DNA of 64,000 bases from Dipteris shenzhenensis (taxonomy: Eukaryota): the NCBI GenBank assembly GCA_047967505.1, contig CM106538.1. One strand, written 5' to 3'. Of the stretch, positions 49,473 through 61,324 are shown piece after piece. Positions within the stretch are counted from its first letter, which is position 1. Each line of letters opens with the position of its first letter. The notes under the pieces are model-generated. The model was not told where the DNA came from. It made no database searches and worked only from the letters and a program-made list of their open reading frames with translations. A program made the translations under genes and the position numbers.

Positions 49473-50949
49473 ATTAGCAGTAGCTCTCCCATTTGTCCCT
49501 CCCTTTCAGCTACCCTACGTACATATGTAGCAAATTGTACCCTTGTAGAGTCGAATATATACGCCCTCGTAGCTAATAGTTCTCTTGACAATTTTGAATG
49601 AATCAAGAATCCCATTCTCTTGCCCAGCTTGCTAGTTTTCCTTAAATCTCTTATAGATTTATGGGTTGAATATGCATAACTATTTTTCAAGGCTTTCAAG
49701 TCTTTGTATATCCGTTTATTGAATTGGCAAGAATGGTAAGTAATAGTATGATATCTTTAGTACTATCTTTGTTTGAAAAGAAGTAATAGGCGTTTGCTTT
49801 GGATTCTTTGTGATTACTAAGGGAGAGAGAGAGTAATTGGAATATTGTCACCAACGATGTTTGTACATGACTTCCTATTCCAATTGAGGGTGAGCTTTCT
49901 TCTACACATGAGTGTAACCTTTCACCGATTGCATACTTTGAACCCAAGGTGTGACCACCGAAGTATGACTACTTGATAATGATTATTTTTAAAATAAGGT
50001 CTAAAGCGAATCTGACAGTTGTCGACTTTGGAAGATACGAGTCATCTGCCAAATGTCTTTGGCCACGTAGGTTTGGGCGATTAGAAGATTGTGGCTCTCT
50101 CAGGCGAGCACACCTCGGTACAGCAAATGGAGAAGTTTATTCTTCGTAGTTATGCCACTAGCAGAGAAAATACTCCAATTGAGGATTTCAATTTGGGTTA
50201 TGCCGCATCAATCTCGAGAGCGAATTGAGAGTGTGCATAATTATTAGCTCATGATGCAAGAATTGGTTTACAAGAGCAATGGAAAAAATAACTCTTACTT
50301 ATCATCTTAATAGGCGAGAAACTTCCATTACACAGTAGATGGAAAGTGCAATCTTTTGCGAATGATCTTCAAAAGGCATACAATACAACAGTCTGAAGAT
50401 AGTGTAAAGTTCCAATGTTGGATTTCTGTGCAGAGCTTGTATAGTGGAAACTATGTTTATGAACGTCTCAATGTTTACTGTGATCATTCCACAAAGTTCT
50501 GAAAGAAGCGACGTGCAAGTACCAGTGCTATGATGTATAGCGATAAGGAATAATAAATTGAATAATCAACATTCATAACCACTAGTATCAGGATCAAAAG
50601 GACACGTATTATCTAGTACATTGAATATGATGATGAAAGGCTTCATGAGATGTGAACCTACGATGGCTCTACGGTGGCAACCCTTAACAAACAATTTCAC
50701 ATAACGACTACTTCCAAAGCTAAAATTATAAACATAGAGGTTTCATTCAAGCAAAGTTGGAAAAAAACTTAGTAGACCCAACGTACTTATTGAAAAACAT
50801 CTTGATAAAAACTAGGAAAGTTTATAATCAAATGAAAGTCTCCCTTGAATGAAAATCGATTTAGGTCAATAACAAAAAGAAGCCAAAAACAACTACACAA
50901 GCAGACAAGATTCAACCAGTTTGTTCTGTTAGATACTAGAAGCTAGCCT

Positions 50950-51810
50950 AATTTTTCTAGTCAAGGTGTCTAATTGGTGTTCATTGGTCTTAGTAGCTCC
51001 TAAGAAGAAGACACTAGTTGGGGTCTGTGTCGAGTATAGGGAAGTAAGAATGCTTAATTTTGACCCTCTTCCCTTCATTGATTATATTTTTTATCAAATA
51101 CTAAGAAAGGAACTGTATAGTTTCTTAGAATGCTTTCCAAGTTAAAATCAAATAGTCATAGTACATGAAGGCAACTTGAAAACCACATTCATTTCTATGT
51201 TTGAAGTTTTTGGGAGCCACATGATGCCTTTTTTATTGTGCAATGCGCTAGGAATTTAGCAAAGATTCATGAACAATTCATTTGGTAAATACCTTCAAAT
51301 GACAAACGATTTTCATGGATGATCTTGCTTTAGGACTGATACTATCTAGTCATATTGAAGGCCTAAGGACGGTATTTTTATCAATTATAGAGAAGTTGAA
51401 GTCAACCTAGAAAGAGTTAAAAGGATAACGGAGCTATATGTTGCATGTAGTGTGCCTTAGTTGTTACCGAGTCCTTTGGGAGGAATAGACGCTTTACTAA
51501 ATATTATACTAATGAGACCTTTTACACTTACCCGATTACTAAAGAAAATGAAGAGTTCAATCACGAATCTCAGAGTTCGAGGGACTCAATTGATGTTGGA
51601 GAAAGCTCCAATTTTGGTTCAACCAAACGTCAATAGGGACTTTTTGTATTCATAATAATAGTATGTCCGTAGACCATCATATTTTGTTTAACCAATGTCA
51701 TACTTTAAAAATGTATCATCCCATCATTTTTTATAGTCAAAAAATTCTATCTGATGGGTCCTACACTCGAGCACAGAGGTTATTTTTGGATATTGTGGAA
51801 AACATGTCAT
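50950..51810 (+). mobile_element. Heavily degraded Gypsy RT/RNase H
   Basis: VCVEYR, PLPFID, SFLEC..NQI, MPF..CNA and FMDDL motifs across frameshifts. Confidence 0.65.
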
Positions 51811-51815
51811 TATAT

Positions 51816-52085
51816 ACTGGTCAATGTTTTCTTGGGTGTAGCCATTTTTGGTGAGGTTTAGGGCATTTTTTGTATAAAGGTATCTTGGTTGACCCATAAC
51901 TTATGCATTGCTCAACGAAATTTGGCAAACTTTGTGTTAAAGTTGTAATACACATTCTGAACTTTATCATGAGACCAAAAAAACATGGAATAAAGATCTG
52001 GAACGAGATCTTAAAGCATTAGAAGTGCTATGTTGCATGTGAAGCATGCATATAGGATGTAACAATTTATTTAAAAACATCAACT
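51816..52085 (+). mobile_element. DNA-transposon terminal fragment (inverted copy of 34065-34347)
   Basis: ggtca.tgttt.cttgggtgtagccatttttggtgagg...gacccataacttatg.attgctcaa...aagtgctatgttgcatgtgaagcatgcat. Confidence 0.8.
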
Positions 52086-54471
52086 TTCACACAAGTTTAG
52101 CTAGAGGAATAATTTGGTATAGCTAGCTAAAATTTTAAAGTTGGGGTTTCCTACTTGGGAAATGAGACTAATCCCTATTGTAGTAGGCCAGGACAACAAC
52201 CAAGAACAATAATTTGGCAACTCTGAGGAGAGTATCAACTCCTTAATCAATATTTGAGATATTAGTGGGTGAAAGGCTTCAAAGCTAGTGGCTACATTTC
52301 AGAATATTAGACTTCTTTGTGTGACACAAGATTGAAATGGACTGGTGGTGGATCTCTTGGCATTTCAAGGTTTCTATGGTCTTATATCCCAAGGGATAAG
52401 GCTCATCTTGCTATATGATTTTGAAAGGTTAACTTTGTAATAGTGTTTGCTATATTTTTAATAGTGTTTATATATTTGAAAGTCAACTTATCTTAGGTGT
52501 GAAGCATGTTTCATATATTCTCTTACAACTAGCCTAGATGAGTGTTGAACTACACCTTGAAATTCAACACACAATCAAAGAGGTAAAGAATTACTTGAGG
52601 AGATATATCCAAAGTAGTCCTTTGCTCATCAACTAGTAATTGTCTTTCAATTGATACCACTCTGCATAGCTATGGTACTCTTGACTTAGACTATGTCAAT
52701 TCATATAAAGATCCATAGAATCTTGGATATGGTTCCATATTCTAAAGTTGAGAGGCACACTCATGATGCACCTACTAATTTAGATATTTTATGAGTAACA
52801 AGTTCCCTGATAGTCATAATAGATAAGACACTAATTGAGTGGATTTCAAATAAGCATTTTACCTCTACAATATGCGTCTCTCAAGAAAATTGAGGAAAAA
52901 TTATCCATATAATGTTTTGGTACTAAATATGGATGCAATTATTATAGTGCCAGAGATGCATGATCATGGCCTAATGACGGCTATGATTGTGAAAAAGAGA
53001 GAGAAACGCGTCAAAATTCTCAGTAATAGAAAGAGTGTCTAGGGTTCAAAGATCAAGATGAGCTTCTCTAGGTAATAATTGCAAAACTATTAAAAAAATT
53101 TGATGGGTTCTAAAGAATCTTTCAAAACCAAATCCTGCATTTAAAGATTCACAAAATCTAGAGAATAGCACTAGTCAAACTCGTAATCAGGGTAAAAATT
53201 AAAGGGAGAGTGTAATTATGAAAATGTAGGTCAATGGGTAAATCTTATCCCATGTAGAGTTATAAATATTAGCCTTACTACCATTTTTAGAGCTAATTTA
53301 TCAAGTCAAAACACTAAAATTTATCCCATGTGTATTTTTGAGAGAATTTATCAAATTTAGTAGCCCAAGCCACCTAGAGAAGCTTCCAAATTGAATGCAC
53401 TTGGGCTAATATTTCCCCCAATTTTTGCATACCTATAATGGTTTAGAAACATGGGTTCAAATTGCTAGTCCTAAGAATCAAATCAGAATGACTAGCAGGT
53501 CTAATAAAGATACCTTGTTCAAATTTTGTCTTATGATGGATTTTGTTGAAAATTACAGAGATGCATGGAGCATTCTCTCAATTTGAGAGGAAGTTATGAG
53601 GCATAATGGTAAAGCAATGACTAGCTTAATCCCAAATCATGGTGATTAATGTTTGAATTGGAATCTATGTTAAGAGGAGGTTAAGAGGAAGAGAAAAGGC
53701 TAGCCCGATACTTCACTATTTAAACTCACTGTCAAAATTCATCAAACCCACTTGTTTTCATAGCTTCCATTGCCTCTCTTGATTTTCCATGGCTCATATA
53801 GTCTCAAAAGAACTTCCCACTACCACATCCCCTTTTGAAGGCCAATTGCATGGTTCACATGTCGACATATTGATGACGTTTGATGATCCGTTTGTTCAAA
53901 TGTTGACCCTTAATGGATCATAACTATCTCTACCAAAATCCAAGCTAAAGATAGGATGATCTATTGTTTCATATTTAATAATAACTATATGAATCAAAAT
54001 GATGGGTTATAAAGCCCTGTCCACCCTCATCGCTATACATAGCATATCGCTTATCCCAAGAAACCAAATTTCCATGTTCATCTATGCTCCCTAACTAGGG
54101 AATAAATCTACCCATAGCAAAATATAAAATAACTCTTCAAAGAGAATCACACGTATTCCCTTACCTTGCAGGATCTCAAAAATGGCCACACACGACCTCC
54201 TTCCAAACACACTACAGTTTCCACCACTTCCTTCCAAACACACTATATGTTGCACATGTTAGGAATGCATGCAACAAATTCTACAAGAGGAATAGGTTAA
54301 TGATCACTTGAAATCTACAACCATACAAAAATCCAAAAACAAGATGAATGATAACAAACATTGTGGCATACAACTAACAAATTATGGAATGCTTGCATTC
54401 AATCATTTTCAATAGTGCTTACAATGAAGAAGCTGTGGATTCTAGTCCCATCTATCTTGAGAAATAGCCTA

Positions 54472-57400
54472 TGTTGGCCTAGTATATACCCCTTTGTACC
54501 ATACATACATAATAAGAGCTTACCTTGATCTGGGTGAGTTAGCACCCACAATTTCAGTGTTCTCCCTTTCTTTGTTGCTCTTCAATAAGACCTCCTCTCC
54601 ATCAATTGGTATTAGAGCTCACGGTGTATGGAGATCCTGGAGATGGAGAAGAGAATGCACTAGGTGGTGCAAAGCATTCTTTGCCTTCGATGTACTTGGT
54701 GATCTCCGAGGGAGAGGCATTTGCAGAACGAGGTCAGTGAGGACATCGCCACCACGGAGATTGCCAAGGATTGCAAGAGACTTCTGTGCATAGGTGGAGA
54801 TCTCATCCACAAACTTGTGGAGTTTTCGTTCATGAGCTGCAGCTTCATCTTTGTTACATAGCAGTTTTCTTAAAGAGCAATGCGAAGCATAGGACAATTT
54901 CTCCTCTTTAAGAACAGCTTGTTTTTCACTATAGAAGCTTTAGAAAAGCTCTCGGGATCCTGTTCTATCTTCCCACAAGCTTGTTGAACTGCTTCTCAAC
55001 TCTCAAGGGACAAAATTGAGCTGTACACAAGGACTTCTCAGCTTTTCTACTGCAAACAAGATGTTATTCAGCTTGCCTTGCTACAGGAAGAGTTTTTGCA
55101 GTAACTCCAGCCTAGAATGATCCAAAACCAGACTATAATGAGTTGTGTTCTGTGAGTTATCTATGCTACAGGCTGTTCCTACAGAACTGCAATTGAAAAA
55201 TCTCAGGTACACATGGTTGCGGGCTTCTTTCCTGCATCTGGAAGCTTGTTTGAGATTTTCCCAAACTTTGGATACGAGTTGGGCACCTGATCGACAATTC
55301 AGAGCATTGTAGCATGCTTGGAGGAGTTATAAATGGTAGTTTTAAGCACACACAAGCAGGCTGGAAATTTCTTCAAGCAGTTTTTTGACAGTCCGGTACA
55401 GTAAAAGTGTTCTTTTTCAACATTGGAAGCTCCAAATTGAGCTCTATTAGGCTCTAAAAATTGTTTTCTATAGTATTCTAGCCTTCCACGGAGCTAGAAG
55501 TTCATTTGGGAACAAGCCATAGTTGCTACATTGCCATCTACAGTGGCTGGAATTGTTGCAGGAAGCCTTGCTTTGTCATTTTGGAAGGTCACCTATAGCA
55601 TGTGGAAGCACCACAAATCTTGGATGTGAATACTACATCATTGCCTATCATATTTGGGAGCTAATGCAACTTTTGGAGCAACAAAAGCAATTTTTGACTT
55701 ATGCAAGCACTTTTGGGGCACTAAGTTGGATGCTTGGTGAGTGGCAAATGCATATTTGATGCCTAAATGGATGCTCATATGCAATGAGGCCAAGTACATG
55801 CAGTAAATGCATTTTGGGGGCACTTGCAAGGCATTTTTTTATTCTCTGGTATGCAATTACAGAAAGTGGTTTATGCTCTTGATGTAACAGTCAATGCATG
55901 GTTTATGCTCTACAAGTCACTTTCAGAACAGAATATCTTTCAAACTGTCAGGATTCAAAATCTGAGTTGAACAGAGAAGTTGTAGACTGTTTCAAGGGCT
56001 ACAACTTTGCTTTTGCAAGTTTTCTGATCTAGATTATCTGTCAAAAGTTATCAGACCTGCAAAACAGCAGAGAGTTGCGGTCTGCGGCTTGTGACAGCAG
56101 TACAAAGTGAGCAAGTGGCTGTCTTCAACAGAAAATTTTGAAAAATCAGTAAGAATTTTGGACCTACTATAAACTAAGAAGTTGTAGAGTTTCCTACAAG
56201 CTACATTTCTTATGTTTATACTTTTTGCATCGGAGCTACTATGCAAAAGCTATTGGCTGGTTTTGGGATGCCATGAGGTCACTTACAGCAGAACATGTAT
56301 TTGTGACAGTGACACTGTGGCTGTTGTCATTTCAATTGATATTTTTTTGGGCTTGAGTTTGGTACATTGGTGCAATCTGTCATCCATTGTGATGACTTTG
56401 GCATCAAAGAATGCATTGTTTAACATTGAGAAGTTGGATGGCACAAAATTCTCCTATTGGAAGGAGCAAATCTACAATGTTCTGGTGCAGAAGAAGCAAG
56501 TAAAGCCTATAAAACGCAAAGACATAAAGCCAGAGGATTGGGAAGATGATGAGTGGAAGGAATTGGATGAGCTTGCATGCTCCACGATCATGCTTACACT
56601 TTCAAAATCAGTGTATTTCAATGTGAAAGATACTGCAGGTGGTGCCTATGGTGTGTGGACAAAGTTGCATGATCTTTATGAGAAGCAGAGTGCTGCTTGT
56701 CAAGTGTATTGGCTGAAGAAACTCATAGATCTTCGCATGGAAGAAGGGACTTCAATGTCTAGCCATTTAAATGAGTTTAACACAATTTTTAGTCAACTTT
56801 CAGCTCAGAAAATTGCCTTTGATGACTCAGTTAAGGCAATGTTCTTATTGGTCACCCTTCCTGAAAGTTGGGACACTTTTAGGACTGCTATAAGCAATTC
56901 AGCCCGTGCAGGAGGCCTGACAAGTAGTGATGTTGAGAGTAGCCTTCTCACTGAGGAGGTAAATAGAAAGAACAATGCTGGAACTAAAAGTTCAAGTGCT
57001 CTCAATGTGAGAGGGAGGTCATAGAAATACCACGATAGAAATACAAGCAAGTCTAGAAGCAAATCTAGAGGAAAATCCCATGCCAAAAAGGATTTGGAAT
57101 GCTTCTATTGTGGGAAGAAAGGCCATTTCAAAAAGGATTGCTACAAATGGAAGAACGATAAAGGCAAAGGCAAAGCTAATGTGCAGCCAAGAAGGAAGAG
57201 AAATCCACGGTCAAAATAGAGAAAGTGAATGCCATAAGTAACAATAGTGATGAGGGTGACATTCTTTATGCCTCTATGTTTGAGCATGCTTTTCTTGTGA
57301 CTAGTGATGATGCATTGTCACAAAATTGGATACTAGACTCAGGAGCATCTTTCCATGTCACTCCACATAGGGAGTGGTTTACCATATATAATGCAGGAAG

Positions 57401-58866
57401 GAAAGAAACCGTGAGACTTGGAAATGATTATCCATGTGACATTGTTGGAGTGGGAGATATCCACTTGTCTCTTCCTAATGGTTCTACATTTGTACTCAAG
57501 AATATTAGGCATGTTCCAAATCTAAAAAAGAGCTTGATAAGTACGGGACAACTTGATGATGATGGCTATCATGTGTTTTTTGGCAACAATACATGGAAAA
57601 TTAGCAAAGGGTCACTTGTGATTGCTAGAGGTTTCAAGCATGGAATGTTGTACTCAATGCATGTGCCAGGCATAAGAGATAATGTAATCAATGTGACTGA
57701 GCAACCATCCGTCTCTTTGTGGCATCGTCGGTTGGGACACATGAGCATGACAAGAATGAAGATACTTTCTGGTTTGCAGTATGTTCTCGTGTTTAATTTT
57801 TCATTTTAGCATGTGTGAGCATTGCATGTATGGGAAGCAAACACGATCTTCACATAAAAAATATTCGGGCAAGAAGAGGCTGAACCATTGGAGTTGGTTC
57901 ACAGTGATGTGCGTGGACCTATGCCTAATGTCTCATTGGGTGGTGCTTCTTACTTTGCTACTTTCATTGATGATGCTACACAAAAAGTGTGGGTCTATCC
58001 TCTCCGGAAGAAGAGTGATGTTTTTGATGCATTTCAAAAGTTCTTAGCATTTGCTACACATCTAGATATTGCTTTTGCAGTGGGAGCTGTTAGCAGGTAT
58101 ATGGCAAACCCTGGCAAGAAGTATTGGGAGGCAGTGAAAGGTATCATGAGATACTTGAATGGTACAAAGAGCATGTGCATTTTCTTTGGGAGGAAGGACA
58201 CATCTGTTGTTGGATATGCAGATACTGATTTTGCAGGGAATGTAGACACTAGGAGGTCTACTACAGGATATGTTTTCTCATTCACTGGAGGTGCAGTTTC
58301 ATGGGTATCTCGTTTGCAACCATGTACGGCTTTGTCTACCACTGAGGCAAAGTATGTTGCAGCCACTGAGGCATGCAAGGAAGCTATATGGCTTGCTTGT
58401 CTAGTGGGAGACTTAAGCATTGTAGGAGAGGTTCCAGTTTTGCACTGTGATAGTCAAAGTGCCATCCAGTTGGCATGGAATCCTGTCTTTCATGCGAAGA
58501 CAAAGCATATTGATGTGAAGTATCACTTCATCAGAGAGGTGATTGAGGACAAGCGCATCCAGCTTGTCAAGGTTCACACAGATGAGAACCCTGCAGATCT
58601 TCTTACAAAGAGTCTTTCCTCAGAGCGGTTTGCACATTACAGAGTATTGATGGGTGTCAGATGACATTAGGATGCCCATCTTCTCCCTTAAAGGCGCATT
58701 GGCCTTTAAGTGAGAGGTTGTTGGGGTAAAGGCCAATGGCCTAGTATATAGCCCTTTGTACCATACATACATAATAAGAGCTTACCTTGATCTGGGTGAG
58801 TTAGCACCCATAATTTCGGTGTTCTCCCTTTCTTTGTTGCTCTCCAATAAGACCTCCTCTCCATCA
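54472..58866 (+). mobile_element. Ty1/Copia element with both LTRs, internally deleted (Tnt1-like), non-autonomous
   Basis: 5' LTR 54472-54604, 3' LTR 58719-58866; PBS tggtattagagc (tRNA-Met-i type) at 54607; TSD gccta/accta; gag from ATG 56392, knuckle CFYCGKKGHFKKDC, protease WILDSGASFH, integrase start fused to RT end and RNase H. Confidence 0.95.
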
Positions 58867-61324
58867 ACCTATACCAATATTCTATGTCAATAACCTATAC
58901 AATATTCTATCTTTTTTACTTGTGTCCTTCTCTTGCTGGTTTGGAATAGTTCACCAAATTATGGGGGCCTTTTCTATGGGAGTTTCTACTGATAGAAACC
59001 TAGATCTTCTTGATCAATCGGACATTCCAGACCATGCCAAAGGATGAAGGAATATTTGATGTAATTGATGTATAGCAAGTAGCGTATGAATCGTCAACCT
59101 TCTAGATTATTAAAGATGTTGTTAAAATTAACACCTCTTGGGCTAAATTCTTGATGAGCAATTTTCCCAAACCTAGTTTTATAAGAGATCCCAAATGCAA
59201 GGGTTGTTCATTACTATGGGTTTTCCATTACTATCACTGGTCATGCCTCTACAAATTAAAGCCCTAAAAAGCTAAGGTTGATGCCTTGTGAAAATCTCTT
59301 TGGACCTTTCTTGAGTACATTAAGATTCAAATAGTATTCTCAAGGAAAGTGGCTTTCATGTGCAATGACTCTATGTGGGTGCGTTAGCTTTAAGAACAAG
59401 ACTTTGAGTGAATGTATCTTCACTAGAGCTACCTACTATTGAAGAAAAGGATTCAAACTTGGGACAAATTTGGAGTAGAAGAGATTTATGGTTACAATTA
59501 GAAGGGAGTTCTGGGATTATCAAGTGAGGATCAACAATTGCTAAGGACAAGACTTGACCTATTGCAAGGCAACACTTAGTGGAAAGGGGCGAAATGCCTT
59601 GTGTAAAAGAAGGTATTCAACTAGTTGTAATCCCACATTTCTTCCCAATCCCAATACCTCTTGATACTTTAGATGAGATCAATAAATTTCTAAATTGGAG
59701 GACAGAGGTAATAGATACCCCTAAAACAAGGACATCCCAGTCTCACTGGCGTTATGACTAATCCTCCACAAAGCAACTTGGACTAACACTAGATATGAAA
59801 ATATAGGCATAGGGGATGGGATGTGTAAAATATTGCCATGTCATAAGGGTGATATATCTCACTCGTTCATGTCTTGTCCTCATGCTAAAAGGATACCGAA
59901 GATGGTCCAGATTCAAATGGGGACCTATTAATCAAAAACTATTTTATTAGAAGAGGCTCTCAAAATACAGAGGCATGCAACTTCACAATGAGACTATCAA
60001 CACTAAAGGTTCCTTTCTATGATGGTTTATTAGAAAAGAGCAAGGATAGAACAATGCATGAAAGCACTTGGACTTCAATGAGAACCTTGCACAATGAAGA
60101 CAAAGGGAAATATTATAGGACCATGATGAAGCTTCTAGGATTTTTGAATTTGGAATTAGAAGTACAAGCTTCCAGGATGTCTGCAGAGCTCCTAGGAGAT
60201 TTCTTCATTTCTCTAGCTTTTGGAATCTTTATTTCTCCAGTGTTCAGTTTTCTCTTTTTGCTCTTTTGCTTGACTAGTTGTATGAGAGAATATCTCATGT
60301 AAAAATTATTTTATAAATACAAAAGAACTTTTGTCTTTAAAGAAAATATGTGGACTAATAACAATGTAAAGTTTCAAACTTTCTCAATATCAACTATGTG
60401 TACTTGTATATATGCTAGTTTGCGGCTCTAAAACTAAAGTAAAATTTTATTATGTAAAAATATTACAGACAAACAACAATTTATGGACTTATTACATTCG
60501 ACTGATTTTTATATTTTTTACATCCAAGAAGATGTGGATTGCTAACAATCTAAAATTTGAGAGTTTCTCTAATGTCAAGTATCTGTGAATGTATTTGAAC
60601 ATCTTGCTTCGTATAAATGAATTAGGGAGTCTTTTTTCACTATTCTTGGTCTCCTTATATGCAATTTCATAAGTTGATATATTTGGGACTGATGTAGTTT
60701 CCCATAGTTCTACAACAAGAGCATGAGGAGGTGAGGGATGAAGTAGTAGCAACAAAGGGAAGTAGATGAGGGGGTGAAAAATGAAGAAGCAATAGCAATA
60801 GAAATAGCCAAGGAAGTAAGAGGATGAGTTATTTGGTGGGGGAAGAGGAGCTAAAGGTGTGTTCACGAAGGACTAGATTAAATCCATCAAACATTGAGAA
60901 TTATATAAATAATGTTTCATGTACGACACATCCATCAAACATTGAGGTTATGTGGTACAACACTAATCCTTGTATCGAGTATTATATGAAATAATCTTAG
61001 AAAAATCTTTGACTCAAACCAAACAACAAGAATAATGTTAAACTAATTCCTATTGATGGCCCTTAGATGCTTTGGATGTAACAATGCGGCTTGTATATGG
61101 CTTGTTTTTGGGGTGGGTATATTTGGGCTACCATTAAATCTATTGCCTATGAATCCAATGCAATTATAGTCACAATTGTACTTACAAAGATTTTTGAAAA
61201 CTCTTGTCTTCATCTCAAGTACCATCTTGCTCTAAGTGCTTTAGAACATTATAAAATAATGAAGAATGTGAGAAGTTCATGATAAAGAAAGAACCTCTAT
61301 TACTTCCCAAATGTATTAATTTCT

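Noticed and set aside
48528-49530. Overlapping 326-aa Glu/Val/Ala (+) and 313-aa Ser/Thr/Ala (-) ORFs over the glycine-rich gene
   Set aside because: Expected shadows of GGN repeats, which rarely make stops in other frames; synonymous variation fits the Gly frame
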